Assembly: GCA_964016885.1 (NCBI GenBank)
Contig: CAXHJY010000708.1
Span: 124,001-188,000 of the forward strand
Origin: Eledone cirrhosa
Lineage: Eukaryota
Direction: 5' to 3'
DNA: 64,000 bases
Positions 25,901 through 36,760 of this stretch are shown here, piece after piece. The notes under the pieces are model-generated. The model was not told the DNA's origin. It did no database searches and saw only the letters and a program-made list of their open reading frames with translations. Within the stretch, counting starts at the first letter, position 1. Each line of letters begins with the position of its first letter. Both the position numbers and the translations under genes were made by a program.

Positions 25901-27036
25901 ACAGAGAATGTATGTGAGCCCGCGGAATGTAGGTCACTACAAGTGTTCAATCAACGAAACGGCTTGCTCATAAAATTAACGCGTAAGTCACTGAGCATCC
26001 CACAGACAAGTGTATTGTAATGTAATTCTCAAGGAGGTTCAGCATGATACAGCATGTGTGACAAGGATGATCCTTTGAATTACAAGTACAGTCCATTCTA
26101 CGGGCTTCCAAACAATTTCTGTCTGCCCAAATTCATTCACAAGGCATGGAATCGAACTCGAAACGTAATGATTTTGAAGCGAACTTCTTGCCATTCGATC
26201 ATTCTGTGTCGCATTTAACTCAACAACACATGAATGGGCGTTTTAAAAAAACAAAATGGAAATCCTATCTTACAACGTGACACATCAAAATTCTTACAAA
26301 TGGAATCCATGAGTTTTACTGTTTATGTAGTCCACCCGGTTTACAGATGTTGAATCCTCCCAGTATTTCACATATTCTTGTAGCCGGACCGCAACAATAC
26401 AGGCAAAGAACACTGTTTACAACGCCTGACAAAATCCCCACACACCCCCAACAAAAGTGGGGTGGGGGGATTTTAGCTACCACTATAGCTTCTGCAAGAC
26501 TACCAGTAGAAATGCAAGAAGATGCCTTCATACATCATGCAGTCTGTACATTCTCCTGTCTCTTTGGAATCCTTTTACCTATAACACCTCAATTAGAGCT
26601 CCACTAATAGTACTCCCCCTGTAAAACTTTCACATATTCTGTCTCCTTTTCATCCAACTGCATATAGCTCGGTGGTGGATTGGCAGAACCGTTAGAGCAT
26701 CAGACAAAATTCTTTGTGGCATTTAGTCCAGCTCTTTACATTCAGAGTTTGAATTCTGTTGAGAATTTTCCTTTCATCCTTTTGGGATCGATTATAGTAA
26801 AATACCAGTCAAATACTGGTGTTAATTTAATTTACTTTCCCCTTCCTCCCCCAAATTACTGGCCTTACTCCTGAAGAAGAAATTACTATTAAAAGCGATG
26901 GCAAGGTTTTAGTAAACAGTATTAAAAAAAAAAACACCTGACGTTGTATCGGTGAAACAAACATAAGGCTCTTCTTGCCTCATTCTGTTCTGTCATTTGT
27001 AAGTATTTATATGTACATACTTCTAACCTATACATA

Positions 27037-27202
27037 CCGTATTCTCCCGTTTATTACGTGCATTCCTTTTTGACCAGAAAAATGTCTGGAAAAGCCTAGT
27101 TTTAGGGCATAACATTTAGTTATAGTGTATACCGCGCACCCCTAAAAACAAACAAGGAAACATTGAAAAAAGAAACCACGCGGTATACACGGAAGAATAC
27201 AG
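27037..27202. mobile_element. Tc1/mariner-pogo type MITE
   Basis: TA-CCGTATTCTCCCGT...ACGGAAGAATACAG-TA: imperfect TIRs with a TA TSD. Confidence 0.65.
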
Positions 27203-28393
27203 TATATTAAATGTATTCAGCACTTAGTATTAAAATACTTAACGAATGGTTTGAAATGGGGCTTATAGTTTACATCTAGCTTGGGCCTATAACCACAGGC
27301 TTGCTTATGACCTCCTATGTGCACACGAGACAGATGTGAACCAGAGATAAGAGGTCACGTCTAAATGTTTGCAACAGAATGAACTCCTCTAAAGGCGCAT
27401 AAGAATCAAATGTAATTTTAATTCAGATGTCATCTTAAGTCGAACATTCTGACTATTAAAACGCATTTAAATCTGGATATAGCGTTGCCGATTGTCTCTT
27501 TGAAAGTAGAGTGAAACGATTAAAAAAATTTATTTCAATACTAAACATAGTGCAATCTAATTTTCCTTTGAAAATAGAGTGGAGTGATTTTAGTCACATG
27601 CTCAACTGACTCCGTCTGACACTACCTGAAATGGGCCTCTGGCCAGGAATAAGGACCCTCACCTGTGACTTCGAAACGCTAGGTTAGTTTTCAGTCTGTG
27701 TTGAGAAGAAAGGAGGGATGGAACACAAGGCTAACAAACTCACTCAACTGATCAAAATTGCTACAGAAACGACAAGCAGATACCTGTCCTTGGAGCAGGC
27801 TTACAACTGTACGGTAGAGGAGGAGGGAGGGGGAGGAGAAGAAGAAGTCCGTTAAAATGTAATGCTTGCTTATCTCGGCTTTTACTTTTTTCTCCTTTCT
27901 CTTTATCTTATCCCCAGAGACAAGATTTTATTGAAAAAGCTAATAATATTACATATTTTATCAGCCCAGATGGTAGAAATGACCAGGTGGACATCAATAA
28001 GATTTGATCATTGAAAGCGAAGGTAAAAATATTAAATGCTTACAAAAGTACGTATTTGGTGTTGAAAATTTTGTGCCATTCTTGTCGTGAATAGAAATGA
28101 AGCATCATTTTATTTAGAATTTCTTTGTCTCAAATATATTCCATGTTTTAATCTATAATACAAACTTAATTTCTACAGAACCAATAATTCATTTTTTTTT
28201 TTTAAACTAGCCATTTCAAAGTACTTACACCTCTCAATTAAGGGAGATAATTCAACTAATTATTTTCCTAATTTCGAAAGTAGGATGCCTGAAATTCTAC
28301 TTCTGAAAAATTCATGTCGAAGAAATAAGTATATCCTTCTCCTCCCCCTTTCAAAATTGCTGACCTTGTGTCTAAATTAGAAATCATTATTTT

Positions 28394-28578
28394 GGTGGAT
28401 TGGCAGTATCAGTAGAGGGTCGGACGCCATGATTTCCAGCATAGTTACGTCCCTTTTCGATCTGAGTTCAAATCCCGCTGAGGTTGACTTTGCCTTTCAT
28501 CCTTACGGGGTCGATAAAATAAAGTACCAGTAATGCACTGGATAATTGCTGGCCTTGTGCCTAAAGTAGAAACAATTA
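28394..28578 (+). mobile_element. Family A SINE
   Basis: A-box tggcagtatcag, B-box gagttcaaatcc, central domain and gtagaaacaatta tail. Confidence 0.9.
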
Positions 28579-28627
28579 TTTTGACACAATAATTTATAAA
28601 ATATAATGGAAACTCATAAAATTGGAA

Positions 28628-28663
<36 letters not shown>

Positions 28664-28883
28664 TTATGTGTCTAATTGTTTGTGTGTGTATGTGCGTATG
28701 CAACCTAAGGGAAATAACTGTAAATATATTAATATATCAGAGTTCTTTCCCTTAAAGGATAATTGATTTGTTATACTTTGGGAAGGTCATTGCGGCCAAT
28801 AAAAACACACGCAAGTTTTCACTTCAATTTGTTATAAGTTTCCGGTTGGCTGGCTGGTTGGTTGGTTCGATGACCGGAAAGTT

Positions 28884-28926
28884 GTCAAAGATCTTTCGTT
28901 ACACATTCTGTGACCTCCTCAGTGAC
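28884..28926 (-). ncRNA. Minimal type I hammerhead ribozyme motif (Penelope-like)
   Basis: Minus strand reads gtca-CTGAGGA-ggtcacagaatgtgtaac-GAAA-gatc-TT-tgac. The core is intact, stem I is gtca/tgac, stem III is the palindrome AGATCT, and stem II is imperfect. Confidence 0.6.
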
Positions 28927-28974
28927 TAGGTTTTTATTGTGTCTCTCCTTGTTCTGTCCTTGAATTTGATAATA

Positions 28975-29145
28975 TTTGTTTCTACTTTTGACACAAGGCC
29001 AGCAATTATCCCAGTGTATTACTGGTGCTTTATTTTATCGTAAGGATGAAAGGCAAAGTTAACATCGGTGGAATTTGAACTCAGAACGTAAAGGGCCATA
29101 ACTCTATGCTACAAAGCATGGTGCCTGACGCTCTACCGATACTGC
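28975..29145 (-). mobile_element. Family A SINE
   Basis: Reverse complement of the consensus. Confidence 0.85.
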
Positions 29146-29634
29146 TGAAAATTATTGTGCACAGTAGTACTCAGGTGCAAAATGATAAATATCTTTAATC
29201 GATTTTCAGATCTTAATAGATCATCATTAGAAAACGTGTCTTCCAGCCAACCAGATATTTAGTAATTAAGTAATCACCATTATCAACATCGTCACCATCA
29301 TCATAATCATAGTCATTATCGTTTTTACACTCGCTTTGCCATGTTGGCATGGAAGCCAACCCATAAGAATAAAGTTTGATATTCAAACAGTTTTTAAAAT
29401 GTTGGATCAACATGTGCCAAGAAAAACATATGAAGAAGAATATTTTTATTATTATTATTATTATTCAATTATTATTCAATTACTGGCACTGGTACATATT
29501 TAACTAACCGCAAGCCCCTATATGGTCTCTATACCTACTAGAAATGGCAGTCAACACTCCCCAAAATCATATCTTACTGTTTTCAAAAATAGATTGCACA
29601 TTGGACCTTATAATTCAAGATTATTAGACAGAGG

Positions 29635-29820
29635 GTGGTGAATTGGCAGTATCGGTAGAGGGTTGGATGCCATGCTTTGATGCATAGAGTTACGGCCCTT
29701 GCCATTCTGAGTTCAAATCCCGCCGAGGTTAACTTTGCCTTTCATCCTTACGGGGTCGATAAAATAAAGTACCAGTAATGCACTGGGTAATTGCTGGCCT
29801 TGTGCCAAAAGTAGAAACAA
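29635..29820 (+). mobile_element. Family A SINE with TSD
   Basis: ttattagacagagggtggt is repeated at 29621-29639 and 29821-29839. Confidence 0.92.
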
Positions 29821-30399
29821 TTATTAGACAGAGGGTGGTCACAGTGTAAACAATAACAACAGCAGCAACAAGCCCTGCACTATTGCTGTGCATATATTCA
29901 GTGTATGTGAGGCAATGAAGTGGCAGGGTCATTAGAATGTTTTGAAGTATTCGTTGCAGTTCTCAGCATTCTCTGAGTTCAAATCCCACTGAGGTCAACT
30001 TTGCCTTTTGTCTTCTTGAGATCGATAAAAAAAAAGTGCTAGTACACTATTGGGGGTCAATTCTACCTCACTTTCTCTCCTTTTCTAGAAGAAATTGGCT
30101 GTGTTCAGATTTGGAGAGGAGTAGGCCCAGCTAAATTGAAAATGTCCCTACAAATCCCTCAAGAGTTATAGATTCATATATACATTCATCGTAGATGTTG
30201 AATATAAAGATATAAAAGGGATTAAGGCCACAAAGGAATTGGGTAAAGTTTCAAATTGATTTATAATTAAACGTAGACACTGTTATACACACTCAAACAT
30301 ATGTTTGACATTAGCTGTGTCACTAACACAGTGTGATTCATAATAGAAGTGTATATGTAGGCATATATGATACGTTTATGTATCTCTTTTTTCTGTGAT

Positions 30400-30424
<25 letters not shown>

Positions 30425-30434
<10 letters not shown>

Positions 30435-31713
30435 AGAAAAAAGAGAATCAGTGGTGCGACGAATAAGATTTATTAGACATATTACAATTGTTTCTCAGGC
30501 GACCAGCTCGAGGCATGATCGATATGGTGATCAAACCTGACTCTGAAATCGCGCGGTCGTCAGATACGTCTCGATTCTATGAAGCAGATTTTCCTATTGT
30601 CCTTTAACATCGAATTTCTTCATTTGTTGATTTAGATTCTGTTGTCATTCCATGAGTGGTCAAGAATTGAACACGTCACTGGTATTTCTAGCCACTCCTG
30701 GTTGGCCACTTCTTGCTTCCTCTCGTTCTCCACCTGTCAATCAAAATTACTACTGTGGTGGGGGAGGGGCTGTAATCATGAACGGCTGGCATCACTTCGA
30801 CGTCTTCATTGCCCCTAGGCGCCTTAGTCCACATCGGTCAGGTACACACCCGTAATTATGCTGTATGCAGCATTCATCATAAATAATGTTTTGCGGGAAT
30901 TTAAAAAATAAACAAATGTGCGGGGTCTTGGCTATGCGCGCTCCCCTGAGTCCAGTGCGTGAGTGTAGAATTGGGTGTATTTGTTGAAAACACCTTTGAT
31001 ATAGCCCTTCCGTTTGAATGGGTGTTGAAAGCTTTCTTTTAAAAACGTTTATAAAAACGTTCTTAATACAGGTTTTTTTCTTTTTCTTTTCCTTTTGAAA
31101 TATGTATGGAGGAGGGTATTCTAAGGCTGTGTCCTACAAATGTTATGCTAAATATGTATGGAGGAGGGTATTCTAAGGCTGTGTCCTACAAATGTTATGC
31201 TAAATATCCCTATGACTTTTTTTTTTTTAATTCCTGCAAAAGATTATTTATGATGAATGCCGCATACAGCATAATTGCGGGTGTGTACCTGACTGATGTA
31301 GACTAAGGCGCCTAGGGGCAATGAAGAAATGATGCCAGCTGTTCAAGATTACAGCCCCTCCCCCACCACAGTAGTAATTCTGATACATGAAGAAATTTTG
31401 ATTGACAGGTGGAGAACGAGAGGAAGCAAGAAGTGGCCAACCAGGAGTGGCTAGAAATACCAGTGACGTGTACAATTCTTGACCACTCATGGAATGACAA
31501 CAGGATCTAAATCAACAAATGAAGAAATTCGATGTTAAAGGACAATAGGAAAATCTGCTTCGTAGAATCGAGACGTATCCGACGACCGCGCGATTTCAGA
31601 GTCAGGTTTGATCACCATATCGATCGTGCCTCGAGCTGGTCGCCTGAGAAACAATTGTAATATGTCCAATAAATTCCTTTCATCGCAACACTGATTCTCT
31701 TTTTTCTGTGATA
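30425..31713. repeat. Long inverted repeat (arms ~480 bp, spacer ~315 bp)
   Basis: About 30425-30906 is the reverse complement of about 31221-31713, with scattered substitutions and small indels; ORFs 30652+ and 31490- mirror each other. The spacer holds a 52-bp tandem duplication at 31098-31201. Confidence 0.93.
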
Positions 31714-32489
31714 TCATACTCTGCTCTACGAGGGCATTGAGTTCTCATACGGCCTAGCGCATATGGATGCTTTAAGCATCCAACACCAATTATATATATA
31801 TATATATAATTTTATTAAGGCTAAAAAGTGAGTCTTGTTAATAAAAATGAATATTAAAACTCTACTTTGGTATTGAGTACACCTCTCTCTCAGCCGTCAA
31901 CCATATCATCATCATCGTTTTAACGTCTGCTGTCCCTGCTAGTAAGGGTTAGATAGATGTGTGTGTGTGTGTGTCACTATTAATGTTAAGGCGAGATCAT
32001 GTCATAACTATTTCAGTAGCTGTGTACAATGACAATGGAGATGGCGGTGACATGATCACAGCTTGAAACATTCATAGTGAGACTTATATATGTTTATTAT
32101 ACATTATCATATCGTATAAGACTTATATGTTTTTTCCATTTAGTTCATCTCCTAACTGATTGAAACTAGCTTTTCTTTATTAACATTCATCATCATTTAA
32201 TGTCCATTTTTTTCCTTGTTGGCATATCACTTACATACATTTTGGTTTTGCCATCGTTTCTAAAGCTGGAAGTCCTTCCTATCACTAACCACTTTACAGA
32301 GTACACTGAGTGCATTTCATCATGGCACCATCACTAAAAAGGTTGTTGTGTCTTTGATACAATTGAAGGGTCTTCCTTTACTATTTTATAATTCTTAATT
32401 GATTGACCATTTAATGGAATACTATACACCAAATGATGTATGACTGTTCACTAATTGAATACATGTGGATGATTTATATTATTGCATAA

Positions 32490-32642
32490 TATGCTTTCAC
32501 GCATAGAGTTACGGCCCTTGCCATTCTGAGTTCGAATCCCACCGAGGTTAACTTTGCCTTTCATCCTTACGGGGTCGATAAAATAAAGTACCAGTAATGC
32601 ACTGAGATGATTGCTGGCCTTGTGCCAAAAGTAGAAACAATT
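32490..32642 (+). mobile_element. Family A SINE
   Basis: B-box, central domain and tail. Confidence 0.85.
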
Positions 32643-33062
32643 ATTGCATGAAAAAGATAAATACACGCAATAAACACTAGACTTACATCTATAAGAGCTT
32701 TAAAATGGTTCAGAATGACCTGCATAATAAACTCTTGTTTCGTAGAATTAAATAACTGAGAGATATTTCCACTCCCAACAGTTAGGTTTGCTGGAAATAT
32801 ATATAATTATCTTGGATAAATATGGTACAAAATATTTCCTGCGAGTTAAATTGTTACTTGGGAGTTGAGCGCAGGTAGTCACAGATGGCGACATATAAAC
32901 TAGAGCAAACTTTGTCATAGTGTTCTAAATAGTAAATATGTTATGACACAGCTGTTACATGTTTGAGGATGTTTGAACATTTATAAACCAGATGTCTATT
33001 ATAGTGACATAAAAGAAACCTGTAACAATATATCTCAATAAAGCTGTTTCTATTATTTGTTG

Positions 33063-33365
33063 AGCCGAGGTTAGCTTTGCCTTTCATCCTTACGGGGTCG
33101 ATAAAATAAAGCACCAGTAATGCACTGGGGTTGATTTAATCGACTTTCCCCTCCCCGCAAATTTATTGGCCTTGAACGTAAATCTGAAACCATTATTTCC
33201 TGAATATGGATGACATGCTTTGGCGCATAGAGTTACGGCCCTTGCCATTCTGAGTTCAAATCCCGCTGAGGTTAACTTTGCCTTTCATCCTTACGGGGTC
33301 AATAAAATAAAGTACCAGTAATACACTGGGTAATTGCTGGCCTTGTGCCTAACGTAGAAACAATT
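33063..33365 (+). mobile_element. Two tandem family A SINEs; the second has a TSD
   Basis: attatttcctgaatatg occurs at 33192 and 33363. Confidence 0.85.
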
Positions 33366-33739
33366 ATTTCCTGAATATGAAGGAAGTGGATTGGCAGAAT
33401 CGTTAGAGCATTGGATGAAATGCTTTACTTTGTAGTATTTCTCTCAGCTTACTACTTTCTGAGTTCAAATCTTGCCAAAGTCAATTTTGTCTTTACTTCC
33501 TTCTTTTTAGCTGTTTTCAATTTGAGGTGGTGAGAGTGTCACTGTGTAATCTGTCTTCTTATTGAAGTCACACATGAAGTCACATCATCATCGTTTTTAT
33601 GTCAACTTTTCCATACTGGCTTTTCCATATTGATTAGATGGTACTTTTCGAGGTAATGTTTTCCTGCTGGATGCCCTTCATGACACTAATCCTTTCAATT
33701 GCTTCTTATAAACACAAAATTACAGTGTATCTATTCTAA

Positions 33740-33959
33740 CCCTTTAATGTTCAAACCGGCCAAAACCGGCCAGAATTCTCTGCCTTTTTCTGTTGAAACT
33801 GGCTGTAACTGGTCACTCAAACTGATGTTAAGATATTGTTCTCAAAATAAATACTTTCAAAATCTCATAAATTTGATATTATGTGAGATAATTATGCGAG
33901 GTAAAGCTTTTACCATGAAAATATAATAGTATATATAGAGTAATGTGAATGCTAAAGGG
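33740..33959. mobile_element. piggyBac-like MITE, same family as 19366-19586
   Basis: High internal similarity to the first copy; ends aatgctaaaggg-ttaa. Confidence 0.75.
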
Positions 33960-36134
33960 TTAAACTAAATACACACACTTCATTTTAGAACATTTGGTTT
34001 TATAATGTGAGTTTGTTGTATCTGTTGTGTGTGTTTATGTATGTGTTTGGAGTATGTGTTTGTGTGAGTGGGTGTATGTGTATGTGTTCGGAGTGTCTAT
34101 ATGTGCATTTGTGTGTCGAGTGTACATGCCTGTATGTGTGTGTGTGGGGGGGGGGTTGTATGTGTGGGTGTGTGTGTATAATTAGATACATACATAAAAG
34201 CATAATATAACTGTACCATAAAGAAGCGACATTTAAATATTGTTAAATGGTCCTCTGGTTATAGGAATCTAATAACAAAGGCAATGTAACTACTACATGA
34301 GTCTGTATTATTATCTACGTTTATGACCTGATTAATGGCATTCTAATAATGATATAGAGATATAGTAGTGTGTTAGTAACCAGGTCGTACATGTATAACA
34401 TAAAAATCTTGAGATATAATATAGCATTACAAAATATTAATAAAATAAAAAGACCACATCAAACTATATATGTTTCATCTATATTTATGCCCTGCAGACA
34501 GGCATTCTGAGGAGTCGAATTGGCTGGCTAGGCAACATCAGATGAAAAGCTTTGCTTAGTTTGTTCTAGTTCTCTGCACTCTCCGAGATCAAATTTCATC
34601 AAGGTCAACTTTGTCTCTTTCATCCTGTTGAGGTCGATAAATAAAGTACCAGTCCAGCATTGGGGTCCATTCTCTCTCTCTCTCAGACTTTACACACTTC
34701 CAACACAAAAAACTATTGAATACTTTTATGATTTTATACCACTGACAAATTTTCATGTGTAAAAGTTACAGACAAAGATATATATATAAACCTGGTATAT
34801 TATTATAATAGAAAGTAGAAACAATTATTATGATTGATTCTAGAATATAACAGTTGGATTGAGAAATACTACTGGTTGATGAGTGCTTGTTTAAGGTTCA
34901 TACTCATCATTAGTTCATGCTGACTGAGTAACAAGGGACCAAGGGCATCTGATCAGCTCATATTAAATATTTTCACCATCTCCCATTACTTATTATTATC
35001 ATCATTATCTTTAGTACCGTTAACACATACACTCCCCCTCCTCTCCCTACATGAGCTGACATCTATCACTCTATTTCCGGTGTTATTCATCACTCACACT
35101 TTCCTCCGATGACACATCTCTATTGGTATCCTATTATAATGCTCACACTGTGTTTCAACAACCTACCCACTGTCAACAGTTACTATGTAACTACCACTCT
35201 CCTTGTCCTACCATCTTATTGCTGATATTTCTCCTTTACTTTTCACATTCAATTCGTATTATCTTCTCTTTCAACTCTTCGCTATCACTCTCCTTCAAAG
35301 CAACCCTTTAGTAATATTTACCTTGAAAGAATGAAAACTTTATGGAGTAGAGAGGCAATAGTCAAAACAACTTCACTAGTGTTGGTGCCATGATAAAATG
35401 TATTCAGTACACTTTGTTAAATAGTTGATGATTGAATAGAAAAAAACCCATAGATTAGTGAGGATTCTCTAGTCATGTTGAGGACTTGATAATCTCTCTA
35501 GTTCTGGTGACATGATAAAATGTGGTTGGCATCCAGTCATAGAAACCATTCCAAACATTGGAACATACGAGTATGATGTAGTCTTCTGTACAGGTGCAGT
35601 AACTCTGAATAAGAACTGTCATGGATGATAGTGACATGTCCAACCCCTGCCAGTAGATGAAAAGTAGATGTAAAAGGATGATGTGTATACACACACACAT
35701 AAACAAAAAAAAAACACACACGCACATACACCCAAAGGAAAATAAAATAAGCTTTCTTCTACACATAATAGTATGTAAAAAGAAAACGTTTTTCGAACTG
35801 AAAATGTACTTGGGGAGATTTTAAACAATTTCCCATTTTTTAAATTTATTAAATTTTATACAGATTTCACAAAATTCTATTTGTTTTTCAATGGGTTTGC
35901 AAAGTAAATAAACTAAATTTAAAAAAGATTTATTTTAGATAAAACAAGATAAAATTTCATAGCTGCTTAGTGATTCACAATTTACAGTTATTTTGGTGGA
36001 TGTGTCGCTTTCATTGTAATTAATTACAACTAAGTAACTAAGAGTCACAAGAGTGAATATTCAACATTAGCAATTTGAGAAGTGTTTACATAACATGTAT
36101 TTGTATGTAACATATTTATATAATAATATTAATA

Positions 36135-36760
36135 ATTGTTTCTACTTTTGGCACAAGACCAGCAATTACCCCAGTGCATAACTGGTGCTTTATTTTATCG
36201 ACCCCCCCCCCCCACCCCGTAGGGATAAAAGGCAAAGTTAACCTCAGAGGGATTTGAACTCAGAACGCAAAGGGCCATAACTCTATGCTGCAAAATATGC
36301 TGTCTGACACTCTATTGAACATGTTTATATAATAATATTAATAATTGTTTCTACTTTAGGCACAAGGCCAGCAATTTGAAGAAGAGGGGGAAACTTGATT
36401 AAATCGATCTCAGTGCATTACTGGAGCTTTATTTTATCAACCCTGTAAAGATGAAAGCAAAGTACACCTCAACGGGATTTGAACTCAGACCACAAAGGGC
36501 CATAACTTTATGCTGCAAAGCATGGCGTCCGACCCTCAACCAATACTGCCAATCCACCGCAATAATAATAATTGTTTCTACTTTTGGCATAAGGCCAGCA
36601 ATTATCCCAGTGTATTACTGGTACTTTATTTTATCTACCCTGTAAGAATGAAAGGCAAAGTTAACCTCGGCGAGATTTGAACTCAGACCATAAAGGGCAG
36701 TAACTCTTTGCTGCAAAGCATGGCGTCCGACCCTCTACCGGTACAGCCAATCCACCCGCA
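36135..36760 (-). mobile_element. Cluster of three head-to-tail family A SINEs
   Basis: Three aattgtttctactt...gaactcag units; tttatataataatattaataat is duplicated around the first. Confidence 0.88.

Noticed and set aside
27965-28021. Possible small + strand exon (cag...aag|gtaaaa)
   Set aside because: Weak donor, no recognisable peptide, and such motifs are expected by chance.
28394-28480. tRNA genes at A/B-box motifs
   Set aside because: These are SINE heads with no cloverleaf, always followed by the SINE body.
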